NCBI GenBank assembly: GCA_019240215.1
Contig: JAFAYQ010000065.1
Location: forward strand, 30,383 to 94,382
DNA: 64,000 nucleotides
DNA from: Actinomycetota bacterium
GTDB lineage: Bacteria; Actinomycetota; Actinomycetes; Streptosporangiales; Streptosporangiaceae
Direction: 5' to 3'
Part shown: one piece after another, positions 48,202-58,223 of the stretch
Position numbering within the stretch: the stretch's first letter is position 1
How the letters are laid out: each line of letters begins with the position of its first letter
Notes under the pieces: generated by a model
Seen by the model: only the letters and a program-made list of their open reading frames with translations
Database searches by the model: none
What the model was told of the DNA's origin: nothing
Made by a program: the position numbers and the translations under genes

Positions 48202-49656
48202 CTAGGTTACCCGATTCTTGGCGCGCAGGGTGACCGGCGCCAGGTACTCGCGCTCGAACGACCGCTGCCACCAGGCTCCGGTCGCCCGCAACTCCGGCCA
48301 GCTGGTGTAACGGTACCGGTACAGCTGGGCCCGGACCCAGACCGGCGGGGCGTCCGCGAACGGGTTCGACCGCAGCAGCCGCAGCACCGGGGCCTCCCCC
48401 GCCAGCAGCGCCTGCAGGAAGCCCGGCAGCCAGGGCTCGGCGTAGCGGGGCGACAGCGCCGCGAACCACATCAGCCAGTCCAGCCGCAGGTGGTAGGGCG
48501 CGAACTGGCGCGGGCGGCGGTGCGGCTCGCCCGGTTTGCCGCGGAACTGGTACTCGCGCCACTCGCTCGCCCCGGTGGGGGCCGGGTCGCCGGTGCCCTC
48601 GATCACGATCTCGTACCGGCGCCGGGTGATGCCGCCGAACGCGCCGTAGGTGTTGACCAGGTGCAGCGGGTCGAAGCTGGAGTTCATCAGCTGGTCCCGG
48701 GAGATCAGGTTGCGGGCCGGCTGCCAGCTCAGCACCACCACCAGCGCGGTCGCCGCCAGCACCAGGCCTTCGTACCAGCCGGGGGCGGCCGCCGGCCGGG
48801 GCGCGGTCAGCCCGGGCAGCACCAGCCGGGCGGTGTGGTCGTCGAACACCGACAGCGCGAGCACGATCGTCAGCCAGTTCAGCCAGGCGAAGTTGCCCGA
48901 GGCGACCAGCCACAGCTGGGTGACGATGATGACCGCGGCCGCCACGCTGGCCACCGGCTGGGGCGCGAACAGCACGAACGGCACCACCAGCTGGGCGAAG
49001 TGGTTGCCGAGGACCTCGGCCCGGTGCAGCCGGTCCGGCAGGTGGTGGAAGAACCAGCTGAACGGGCCGGGCATCGGCTGGGTCTCGTGGTGGTAGCGCA
49101 GGCAGGTCAGGTTCCGCCAGCAGCGGTCACCGCGCATCTTGATCAGCCCGGCCCCGAACTCGAGCCGGAAGATCAGCCAGCGCAGCAGCCACATGACCAG
49201 CACCGGCGGCCCGCTGTGGTCGTTGCCGGTGAAGATGGCCAGGAACCCGACCTCGGCCAGCAGCGACTCCCAGCCGAAGCCGTACCAGGTCTGGCCGACG
49301 TTGAGGATCGACACCTGCAGCGCCCAGGGCAGCGCCCACAGCAGCATCGCCGCCCACAGCGGGACCAGGTCGGCCAGGCCGGCCGCGAGCCCGGCCGCCA
49401 GCAGCACCCCGCCCCAGCAGGTGGCGGCGAAGAACCGGTCCGAGTAGTGCAGCTGGAACAGGCTGGGCGCCTGCCGGAACCCGGTCCGGGCCGTGTAGCG
49501 CGGGATCGGGGTCAGCCCGCCGGTGCCCAGCAGCCCGCGGAACTGGCGGGCGGCGGCCAGGAAGGCGACCAGGTAGATGACGGCCAGGCCACGCTGGAAG
49601 GCCAGGCGGCCAAGCCAGTCGCCGGAAGCGGTGAACCACTGCACGGTGTCTGCCAA
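48202..49656 (-). CDS. lipase maturation factor (LMF1/DUF1222) family polytopic membrane protein
   Basis: 484-aa ORF, many TM helices, Trp-rich. The overall pattern (…GFGWESLLAEVGFLAIF…, …YHLRLDWLMWFAAL…) matches what I recall of bacterial LMF-family proteins. Confidence 0.75.
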   Translation of the reverse strand: MADTVQWFTASGDWLGRLAFQRGLAVIYLVAFLAAARQFRGLLGTGGLTPIPRYTARTGFRQAPSLFQLHYSDRFFAATCWGGVLLAAGLAAGLADLVPLWAAMLLWALPWALQVSILNVGQTWYGFGWESLLAEVGFLAIFTGNDHSGPPVLVMWLLRWLIFRLEFGAGLIKMRGDRCWRNLTCLRYHHETQPMPGPFSWFFHHLPDRLHRAEVLGNHFAQLVVPFVLFAPQPVASVAAAVIIVTQLWLVASGNFAWLNWLTIVLALSVFDDHTARLVLPGLTAPRPAAAPGWYEGLVLAATALVVVLSWQPARNLISRDQLMNSSFDPLHLVNTYGAFGGITRRRYEIVIEGTGDPAPTGASEWREYQFRGKPGEPHRRPRQFAPYHLRLDWLMWFAALSPRYAEPWLPGFLQALLAGEAPVLRLLRSNPFADAPPVWVRAQLYRYRYTSWPELRATGAWWQRSFEREYLAPVTLRAKNRVT

Positions 49657-49671
49657 ACCAGCTCGCCTCGT

Positions 49672-51114
49672 TCAGTCCAGCGGCGGCGCCGGGCGGCCGA
49701 ACACCCGGCGCAGGGCGGCCGCGGCCGCGTGGTAGCCGCACATCCCGTGCACCCCGGGGCCGGGCGGGGTGGCGGCCGAGCACAGGTAGAGGGACCGGTC
49801 CGGGGTGGCGTAGGGCACCGGCTTGAGCACCGGCCGGAACAGCAGCCGGAACTGGTCGCAGCGGCCGACCGCGATGTCGCCGCCCGCGTAGTTGGGGTTG
49901 CGGGCGGCCAAGGCCGCGGGCGCGGTCACCGCCCGGGCCAGCACCAGGTCGCGGAACCCGGGCGCGAACCGCTCGAGCTGGTCCTCGATCGCCGCGGTGT
50001 GATCCTCCGGCCAGCCGTTCGGCACCTGGCAGTACACCCAGAACGTGTGCTGGCCGGCCGGGGCCCGGCTGGGGTCGAACAGCGTCGGCTGCGAGGTGAT
50101 CAGGAACGGCCGGTCGGGGGCGACCCCCCGGTGGACCGCCCGCAGCGCCGCCCCGATCTCGGGCAGGGTGCCGCCCACGTGCACGGTCCCGGCCCGGCGG
50201 GCGGCCGCCGCCGTCCACGGGACCGGGCCGGCCAGCGCGTAGTCGAGCTTGAACACCCCCGGCCCGCGCGGGTAGCGGCGCAGCCGCCGGGAGTAGGCGG
50301 GCGGCAGCCGGGCGCCGGCGATCGCGGCCAGGTGCTCGGGCGAGGTGTCGAACAGGTAGGCGCGGGCGGCGGGCAGATCGCCCAGCGCCCGCACCGGGTG
50401 CCCGGTCCTGATCGTGCCGCCCAGCGAAGTCAGCAGGCGGGCCAGCGCGTCCGACAGCGCCTGGGTGCCGCCCGCCGGGATCGGCCAGCCGACCGCGTGG
50501 GCGGCCAGCGCGAACATCAGCCCGATGCCGCCGGTCACCGGCGCGCTGAGCGGCGCGGTCACGTGGGCGGCCATCCCCGCCAGCAGTGCCCGGGCCTGGT
50601 CGCCGCGGAACCAGCGGGCCAGCACGGCGGCCGGGGCGGCCGCGTAGAGGCCGAAGGCGGCCAGCACCAGCGGGTGGGGCGGCAGCCCGTCCAGCGGCGC
50701 CCGCAGCACGGCCGGGGCCAGTTCGTCCCAGTAGCCGCCGAACGGGCCGACCAGCTGCTGGTAGGCGCGGGCGTCGGGGCCGAGCGAGGCCGCCGTCTCG
50801 GCCACCGAACGGGCCAGGGTGGCGGCCGACCCGTCCGCCAGCGGGTGGGCCAGCGGCAGCTCGGGATGGATCCAGGTCAGCCCGTGATCGGCCAGCGGCC
50901 AGGACCGGAACAGCGGCGAGCCGGCCGCCAGCGGGTGGACGGCCGAGCAGGGGTCGTGCCGGAAGCCGGGCAGCGTCAGCTCCTCGGTCCGGGCCCCGCC
51001 GCCGACGGTCTCGGCCGCCTCGTAGACCACGACCTCCAGGCCGGCCTGGGCCAGCGTGATCGCCGCGGCCAGCCCGTTGGGCCCCGCGCCGACCACCACC
51101 GCGTCCATTGGCAT
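49672..51114 (-). CDS. NAD(P)/FAD-dependent oxidoreductase, phytoene desaturase (CrtI)/amine-oxidase-like family
   Basis: N-terminal dinucleotide fold MDAVVVGAGPNGLAAAITLAQAGLEVVVYEA..VGGG; 480 aa. Confidence 0.82.
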   Translation of the reverse strand: MPMDAVVVGAGPNGLAAAITLAQAGLEVVVYEAAETVGGGARTEELTLPGFRHDPCSAVHPLAAGSPLFRSWPLADHGLTWIHPELPLAHPLADGSAATLARSVAETAASLGPDARAYQQLVGPFGGYWDELAPAVLRAPLDGLPPHPLVLAAFGLYAAAPAAVLARWFRGDQARALLAGMAAHVTAPLSAPVTGGIGLMFALAAHAVGWPIPAGGTQALSDALARLLTSLGGTIRTGHPVRALGDLPAARAYLFDTSPEHLAAIAGARLPPAYSRRLRRYPRGPGVFKLDYALAGPVPWTAAAARRAGTVHVGGTLPEIGAALRAVHRGVAPDRPFLITSQPTLFDPSRAPAGQHTFWVYCQVPNGWPEDHTAAIEDQLERFAPGFRDLVLARAVTAPAALAARNPNYAGGDIAVGRCDQFRLLFRPVLKPVPYATPDRSLYLCSAATPPGPGVHGMCGYHAAAAALRRVFGRPAPPLD

Positions 51115-51117
51115 CGG

Positions 51118-52179
51118 TTACCCTGCCCGGGCCGGCCCAACCTCATCGCCGGGATCACCGGACGGGCCGCGCCCGTCCAGAAGCGGCTGGCGGGGATCCC
51201 AGCGGGTGCCGACCGCGGCGTCCCGGCGCTGCCGGGCCAGGGCCGACAGCGCCTCCAGGACCACCCGGTTGGCCAGCGCGGCGGTGATGTCGGCGTGGTC
51301 GTAGGGCGGCGCCACCTCGACCACGTCGAGGCCGGCCACCGGCAGCTCGTAACAGATGCGGCGGACGGCGTCGAGCAGCTGGCGGGCGCTCAGGCCGCCG
51401 GGCTCGGGGGTGCCGGTGCCGGGCGCGTGGGCCGGGTCGCAGACGTCGATGTCGACCGACAGGAACACCCCGTCGCACTCGTCGGTGGCGATGGCGAACG
51501 CCTCGCTCAGGCACTCGGCCAGCCCGCGGGCGCCGATCTCGGTCATCTCGTAGGAGCGCATCCGCTGCTCGGCCATCCAGCCCAGCGTCTCCGGCTCGGG
51601 CCAGTAACCGCGCAGCCCGATCTGGAGGAACCGGTCGCCGCGGACCGCGCCCGACTCGATCAGCCGCCGCATCGGCTGGCCGTGCCCGATCAGCGAGCCG
51701 AACTCGCTGTCGCCGGTGTCGGCGTGGGCGTCGAAGTGGATCAGCGACACCCGGCCCTGGCCGACGTGCTGGGCCACCCCGGCCGCGTCCGGCCAGGTGA
51801 CGGTGTGGTCGCCGCCCAGGATCAGCGGCAGCGCACCGTGGCGGGTCACCTCGTACACGCAACGCTGCAGGTCGCGGACCGACCGGGCGGCGTCGCCGGA
51901 GAACATCTCCACGTCCCCGGCGTCGTAGACGCGCAGGTCGCGCAGGCCGTCGGTGCGCAGCGCGAGCGAGGGCCGGGAGCCGTCGTGCGGCAGGTAGTCG
52001 GTCTGCCGGATGAACTGGGGGCCGAACCGGGCGCCGGACCGGTAGGAGGTCCCGCCGTCGAACGGCGCCCCGATGATGACCACGTCGGCGTCCGCGTAAC
52101 TGGCCGGGTCGGCCCAGTCGCAGCGGTCCACGCCCAGGAACGTGATGTCGGGGCCGAACTGAGGTCCGTAGCGCGCCAT
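51118..52179 (-). CDS. arginase-family ureohydrolase (agmatinase/guanidino-acid hydrolase-like)
   Basis: MARYGPQFGPDITFLG from ATG 52177-52179. Mn-binding motifs GGDHTVT, HFDAHADT and SVDIDVCDP. Confidence 0.88.
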   Translation of the reverse strand: MARYGPQFGPDITFLGVDRCDWADPASYADADVVIIGAPFDGGTSYRSGARFGPQFIRQTDYLPHDGSRPSLALRTDGLRDLRVYDAGDVEMFSGDAARSVRDLQRCVYEVTRHGALPLILGGDHTVTWPDAAGVAQHVGQGRVSLIHFDAHADTGDSEFGSLIGHGQPMRRLIESGAVRGDRFLQIGLRGYWPEPETLGWMAEQRMRSYEMTEIGARGLAECLSEAFAIATDECDGVFLSVDIDVCDPAHAPGTGTPEPGGLSARQLLDAVRRICYELPVAGLDVVEVAPPYDHADITAALANRVVLEALSALARQRRDAAVGTRWDPRQPLLDGRGPSGDPGDEVGPARAG

Positions 52180-52332
52180 GATCCAGTTGTACTCCCGGCC
52201 GGGCCAGCCGCCAGTCCAGCGCGCGGAACACGACAAGTTCGCACACAATATGGACCTTCGGCCCTGCCGGTGCGCCGCTGAGCCCCGCATGCTGGTTCTC
52301 CAGGCAGCCTGCGAAGCAGGACCGCGCGACCT

Positions 52333-52348
52333 TTTAATTATATTTAAA
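52333..52348. promoter_or_regulatory. AT-only near-palindrome TTTAATTATATTTAAA in the divergent ureohydrolase / small-ORF intergenic region
   Basis: 14 of 16 positions are self-complementary. It is an isolated AT island flanked by GC-rich sequence, 154 nt upstream of the ureohydrolase ATG and 44 nt upstream of the ATG at 52392. Confidence 0.45.
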
Positions 52349-52391
52349 GGGCCGATCGGGCGACGGGGCCAAAGGTACGGCGGGGGGACAG

Positions 52392-52616
52392 ATGGTCATG
52401 AGCGAACCGGCCCGGACCTGGCGGGTACACACCACCACCGGCTTCACCACCGACCACCGGTCCATGGCGACCGCGTTCGAGCAGGTCAAGGCCGTCCACC
52501 GGTACGGGCTGGCGGCCGCCGTCTACCGCTGGGGCAACGGCCGCTGGGAGCTGTACCGGCACCTGGAGCCGCCGGCCGAGCCGGCCGCGGCCAGCGAGGA
52601 CAACTGGCCGTTCTGA
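52392..52616 (+). CDS. hypothetical small protein (74 aa)
   Basis: ATG is preceded by GGGGGGA. Composition is natural (W/Y/H/F present, not R/P/G-biased). It lies 16 nt upstream of the HD-domain gene. Confidence 0.55.
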   Translation: MVMSEPARTWRVHTTTGFTTDHRSMATAFEQVKAVHRYGLAAAVYRWGNGRWELYRHLEPPAEPAAASEDNWPF

Positions 52617-52632
52617 CCTGAGCGGCGCCGGT

Positions 52633-53424
52633 GTGCTAAGCCCTGGAGACATGGACACCGGCCCCCGGCGGCTGCTGGAGACCATGCCGCTGCACGCGAT
52701 CACCGCGACCTACGGCGAGGACGGCCTGCGGGAGCGGTTCGCGGCCGAGATCGCCTCGTTCCCGGCCGCCGACCGGCCGCGGCTGACTGAAGCGCTGGCG
52801 CTGGCCGCCCGGCTGCACGCCGGCGACCGCCGCCAGAGCGAGCCGTACGTCAACCACCTGCTGCGGGTGGCGATCCGGATCATGACCTACTACGGGGTGC
52901 GCGATCCCGACGTGGTGGTGGCCGCGCTGCTGCACGACAGCGTCGAGGACCACGCGGCCGAGCTGGCGGCCGACGGGACCGCGCCGTCGGCCCAGACCGA
53001 GCTGGCACTGGCTGAGCTGGGGCGGCGGTTCGGGCCGCGGGTGGCCGAATTGGTCGGGGCGGTGACCAACCCCGAGTACGAGCCGGGCCGCGACCGGCGC
53101 CTTCAGTACCGCGACCACGTGGCCGCCAGCCTCGACGCCTCGCCGTGGGCGCGGGTGATCAAGGCGTCCGACTTCACCGACAACGGGGCCGGCCTGATCC
53201 ACACCACCGGGCCGCGGGTCCCCGAGCTGGCCCGCAAGTACGTCCTGCTGGTGCCGGTGCTGCGGGAGCTGATCGACCGGCCCGACACCCCGCTGGCCGA
53301 GCCCGCCCGCCAGCGCATCCGGGCGCAGCTGGGCCGGGCGGCCGAGCGGTTCGCCGCCATCCTGCCGCCGGACGGGACGCCGGGCCAGGACAACGTTGGA
53401 GCGGAGTCCCCTCCGGATAACTGA
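52633..53424 (+). CDS. HD-domain protein, RelA/SpoT-type (p)ppGpp-hydrolase-like (stand-alone)
   Basis: GDRRQSEPYVNHLLRVA...VVVAALLHDSVEDH matches the H..HD..ED hydrolase motif set. The start is uncertain (GTG 52633, ATG 52651 or ATG 52684). Confidence 0.78.
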   Translation: MLSPGDMDTGPRRLLETMPLHAITATYGEDGLRERFAAEIASFPAADRPRLTEALALAARLHAGDRRQSEPYVNHLLRVAIRIMTYYGVRDPDVVVAALLHDSVEDHAAELAADGTAPSAQTELALAELGRRFGPRVAELVGAVTNPEYEPGRDRRLQYRDHVAASLDASPWARVIKASDFTDNGAGLIHTTGPRVPELARKYVLLVPVLRELIDRPDTPLAEPARQRIRAQLGRAAERFAAILPPDGTPGQDNVGAESPPDN

Positions 53425-53469
53425 GACACCTCCGTTAGGCTGAATCAATCCTGGCTGGAGGGAGTATGT

Positions 53470-55778
53470 GTGAGCATTCTCGGCACCCGCGTGCAGCGCA
53501 AAGAGGACCCGGGTTTTCTGACCCGCGGCGCTGTCTACACCGAGGACGTCCAGGACGACCGGCTGACCGGCGCCTGCCACGTGTTCTTCGTGCGCTCACC
53601 GATCGCGCACGCGCGGATCAACTCGATCGACCTGGACGCGGCCCGGGAGGCGCCGGGGGTGATCGCCGCCTACACCGCTGACGATTTCGCGGACACCCCC
53701 GAGATCAAGCCGATGGCCGCCTTCATCAGCCAGGACATGACCCAGCCGCTGCTGGCCAAGGACGTGGCCCGGTACGCGGGCGAGCCGGTCGCGGTCATCG
53801 TCACCGAGCAGGCCTACCAGGGCGAGGACGCGGCCGAGCTGGTCGACGTGGACTACGACCCGCTGCCGGTGGTGGTCGACATGGGCGACGCCGCCGGCGA
53901 CGACGCCGAGCGGCTGTTCCCGGCGGCCGGCACCAACGTGGCGGCCACGTTCGGCGACCCGGCCAAGTTCGACCCGGCCCTGTTCGACGGCTGCGACGCC
54001 GTCGTCACCCAGACGATCGAGAATCAGCGGGTGGCGCCGGCCCCGATGGAGTCGCGGGCGGCCGCCGCCGCCTGGGGCGACGACGGGCGGCTGACCGCCT
54101 GGATCCCCAACCAGGGCGCCCAGGGCACCAAGGCGTCGCTGGCGGCCATGCTCGGCCTCGACCCGGCCCGGGTCCGGATCATCACCCCGGCCGTCGGCGG
54201 CGGGTTCGGCGCCAAGTTCGGGGCCGACCCCGAGCACGGGCTGGTGTGCCTGGTCGCCCAGCAACTGGGGCGGCCGGCCCGCTGGTCGGAGACCCGCAAC
54301 GAGAACCTGGCGGGCATGACCCACGGCCGCGCGCAGCGGCAGACGATCACGATCGGCGGCCGCCGGGACGGCACCGTGCTCGGCTACCGGCTCGAGGTCA
54401 TCCAGGACTGCGGCGCCTACCCGAAGATCGGCACGATCCTGCCCTCGCTCACGATCTTGATGACGCCCGGCCCTTACGGCTTCCCCAAGGCGGAATCGGC
54501 GGCGGTGGCGGTGGTGACCAACACCGTCCCGATCGGCGCCTACCGGGGCGCGGGGCGGCCGGAGGCGACGGCCGCCGTCGAGCGGGCCATGGACCTGTTC
54601 GCGGCCGAGATCGGGATGGACCCGGCCGAGGTCCGGCGCAAGAACCTGCTGCCCAAGTTCAACGAGCCGCACAAGACCGCGTTCGGGGCGGTCTACGACA
54701 CCGGCGACTACGAGGCCGCGCTGAACCAGGTGCTGGCGGCCGCCGACTACGCCGGCCTGCGCGAGGAGCAGGGCAAACGGCGCGCGGCGGGCGAGACCGT
54801 GCAGCTCGGGATCGGCGTGTCCTGCTACGTGGAGATAACCGGCGGCGGCTCGGAGTCGGGCCCGCCCAGTGAGAACGGCACCGTCGAGGTCCACCCGGAC
54901 GGCACCGCCACCATCTTGACCGGGACCTCCCCGCACGGGCAGGGCCACGAGACCGTGTGGGCCATGCTGGCCAGCGCCGAGCTCGGCATCCCGGTCGACA
55001 AGATCACCGTCAAGTGGGGCGACACCGACCTGATCCCCGAGGGCGGCGGCACCGGCGGCTCCCGCAGCCTCCAGCAGGGCGGCGCCGCCGTCCGCCAGGC
55101 CTCGCTGGAGCTGATCGAGGTGGCCCGCGAGCGGGCCGCCAACCAGCTCGAGGTGAGCGAGGGCGACCTCGAGTTCGACGTCGCCCTCAGCCAGTTCGCG
55201 GTGGCCGGCGACCCCGACGTCGCGGTCCCGCTGGCCGACCTGGCCGAGACCGAGCGGCTGTTCGTGCGCTCGGTGTTCAGCGCGCCGGGGCCGACGTTCC
55301 CGTTCGGCTCGCACGTGGCGGTGACCGAGGTCGACACCGAGACCGGCAAGGTCAAGCTGCGCCAGATGATCACCGTCGACGACGCCGGCACGGTGGTCAA
55401 CCCGCTGCTGGCCGAGGGCCAGCGGCACGGCGGCATCGCCCAGGGCGCCGCCCAGGCGTTCCTCGAAGAAGTGGTCTACGACGCCGACGGCAACCTGCTG
55501 ACCGCCACCTTCGCCGACTACCCGTTCCTGTCGGCGACCGAGGTGCCCAGCTTCCAGCTGTCCGACATGGCCACCCCGACCAGCTACAACCCGCTGGGGG
55601 CGAAGGGGATCGGCGAGGCCGGCACGATCGGCGCCACCCCGGCCGTGCAGAGCGCGGTGGTGGACGCGGTCAGCCACCTGGGCGTTCGCCACATCGACAT
55701 GCCCACCTCGCCGCAGCGGGTATGGCGGGCGATGCAAGTGGCCCGAGCGGCCCGGCCCGCGGAGGAGAAGGAGAAGGC

Positions 55779-55782
<4 letters not shown>
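53470..55782 (+). CDS. xanthine dehydrogenase family molybdopterin-binding large subunit (CoxL-like, form II type)
   Basis: 770-aa ORF with a GTG start after GGAGGGAG. Active-site loop is AYRGAGR, not the AYXCSFR of bona fide CO dehydrogenases. Confidence 0.9.
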
Positions 55783-56269
<487 letters not shown>

Positions 56270-56273
<4 letters not shown>

Positions 56274-57082
56274 TCCCGGCGCCGTTCGACTACGTGCGGG
56301 CCACCTCGGCCGGGCACGCGCTGGAGCTGCTGACCGAGCACGGCGACGAGGCCAAGCTGCTGGCGGGCGGGCACTCGCTGCTGCCGATGATGAAGCTGCG
56401 GCTGGCGGTCCCGTCGGTGCTGATCGACATCGGGTCGCTGGACGAGCTGGCCGGCATCGCGGTCGACGGCGACGACCTGGTCATCGGGGCCACCACCCGG
56501 CACGCCGACGTGGCCGCCTCCGACCTCGTCCGGGCCGAGGCGCCGCTGCTGGCCTGGTCGGCCGCCCAGGTCGGCGACCCCCAGATCCGGCACCGGGGCA
56601 CGATCGGCGGTTCGCTGGCCCACTCCGACCCGGCCGCCGACCTGCCGATGGCGCTGACCGCGCTGGGCGGCTCGATGGAGCTGGCGGGGCCGAACGGGCC
56701 GCGCACGGTGGCGGCCGACGACTTCTCCGCGGGCTACTTCGAGACCGCGATGGAAGAGGACGAGCTGCTGACCGCGGTCCGGATTCCGCGACGACCGGGC
56801 GAGCCCTGGGGGTACCAGAAGTTCACCCGCCGGGCCAACGACTGGGCCATCGTCGGCGTCGCCACCGTGGCCGGGCGGGTGGCGCTGGCCAACATGGGGG
56901 CGCGGCCACTGCGGGCGACCGCCGTGGAGGAGGCGCTGGCGGGCGGGGCTTCGGTAAGCGATGCGGCCGCGCTGGCGGCCGAGGGCACCGAGCCGGGCGA
57001 GGACATCCACGCCGACCGGGAGTACCGGCAGCACCTGGCCCGGGTACTGACCAGGCGGGCGCTGGAGGGCCGGACCGGCTGA
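56270..57082 (+). CDS. FAD-binding medium subunit (CoxM-like)
   Basis: [13 protein letters not shown]...[15 protein letters not shown]. The ATG overlaps the upstream stop. Confidence 0.9.
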
Positions 57083-57105
57083 GCCGGTCCGGCTAGGCCG
57101 GTGTC

Positions 57106-57121
57106 GATCACCGGGTCGCCA
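57106..57121. repeat. 16-mer gatcaccgggtcgcca, copy 1 (identical copy at 61166-61181)
   Basis: Read directly from the sequence. It lies in the coxM-padR intergenic region and overlaps the inverted repeat CCGGTG-n5-CACCGG. Confidence 0.9.
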
Positions 57122-57142
57122 GGAGCTTGAAACGCTTGATAC

Positions 57143-57161
57143 CTAGGCTTACAAAGCCTAG
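57143..57161. promoter_or_regulatory. perfect inverted repeat CTAGGCTT-aca-AAGCCTAG immediately upstream of padR (candidate PadR operator)
   Basis: 8-bp arms with a 3-nt spacer, ending 12 nt before the padR ATG, in a locally low-GC stretch. Confidence 0.5.
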
Positions 57162-57172
57162 AGTTGCACAGT

Positions 57173-57496
57173 ATGAACCGGGAACGACTCAAGGGTCATC
57201 TGGACCTGTTGCTGCTGTCGGTGCTCGCGGCCGGCCCGGCCCACGGGTACGTGATCATCACCAAGCTCCGCGAGCGCAGCGGGGGCGCGTTCGACCTGCC
57301 GGAAGGCACCGTCTACCCGGCCCTGCACCGGCTGCAGAAGGCGGGGCTGCTGGACAGCTCGTGGACCGACGCCGAGGGCCGTCCGCGCCGGGTCTACGCG
57401 CTGACCACCCAGGGGGCGGCCGCCCTGGCCGACGGCACCACCGAGTGGCGGCGCTTCGCCACCGGCGTGCAGGCGGTGCTGGGGTGGCAGGCGTGA
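57173..57496 (+). CDS. PadR family transcriptional regulator
   Basis: MNRERLKGHLDLLLLSVLAAGPAHGYVIITKL...GTVYPALHRLQKAGLL. Confidence 0.92.
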   Translation: MNRERLKGHLDLLLLSVLAAGPAHGYVIITKLRERSGGAFDLPEGTVYPALHRLQKAGLLDSSWTDAEGRPRRVYALTTQGAAALADGTTEWRRFATGVQAVLGWQA

Positions 57497-58155
57497 CCGG
57501 GCGGGAGCCGGGTCGCGAGCCGGTCGAGCAGTACCTGGGCGAGCTGCGGCACCGCCTCCGGGTGCGTGACGCCGGCCTGATCCTGGCCGAGGCCGAGGAC
57601 CACCTGCGCGAGGACGTCGCGGCTGGCCGGGCATCCGGCCTCAGCGAACGGGAGGCACAGCTGGCGGCGATCTCCAGCTTCGGCTCGGTCCGCTCGGTGC
57701 TGCGCGCCCACCAGCCCCGCTGGCGGCGAGCGGCCGAGTGGCTGGCCAGCCCGGCGCTGGCGGTGCCCAAGCTGGTGGGGCTGTTCCTGGTCGCGGTCAT
57801 CGTCCCCGGTCAGGTGGGCCTGGTGACCGTCCTGCTGCGGCATACGTTCGTGCCGCCGGATCGGGTGCTGGTCTCGCACTTTCTGCCGGGGCTGGTGGGG
57901 CTGGCGCTGCTCTACGGCAGCCGGCTGGCGCGCCGCCGTCGCGCTCGCTCGGGCGCACCTGCCCGGGTGGCGCGCCCAACCCGGTTCGCGGCGGGCGCGG
58001 TCCTGTTGTTCGGGGCGGCCGGCCTGGTCCTGGTCGGCTTCGGGGCGGCGGGCGCGATACCGCTGATCGCGCCGACGACCGTCGCCTGCCTGGCGCTGGC
58101 GGCCGGCTACGCGATCCGGCTGGGCACCCTGCGCCGCCAGCGCCGGGCGGCCTGA
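57493..58155 (+). CDS. membrane protein partner of PadR (DUF1700-like N-terminal helical domain + 4 predicted TM helices)
   Basis: GTG 57493 overlaps the padR TGA. EQYLGELRHRLRV...AEAEDHLRED resembles the DUF1700 N-terminus. The C-terminal half is hydrophobic. Confidence 0.72.
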   Translation: MTGREPGREPVEQYLGELRHRLRVRDAGLILAEAEDHLREDVAAGRASGLSEREAQLAAISSFGSVRSVLRAHQPRWRRAAEWLASPALAVPKLVGLFLVAVIVPGQVGLVTVLLRHTFVPPDRVLVSHFLPGLVGLALLYGSRLARRRRARSGAPARVARPTRFAAGAVLLFGAAGLVLVGFGAAGAIPLIAPTTVACLALAAGYAIRLGTLRRQRRAA

Positions 58156-58223
58156 GCCGGAGTGCCTCCGCCGCGGGGTACGGGCTGACATGCTGGGGCG
58201 GACGGCGATCACGAGGAGCCCGC

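Noticed and set aside
48199-52281. 1360-aa plus-strand ORF spanning the LMF / oxidoreductase / ureohydrolase genes
   Set aside because: It is a shadow frame with extreme Arg/Gly/Pro/Gln content and no motifs. The minus strand encodes three proteins with clear family signatures and operon-like spacing.
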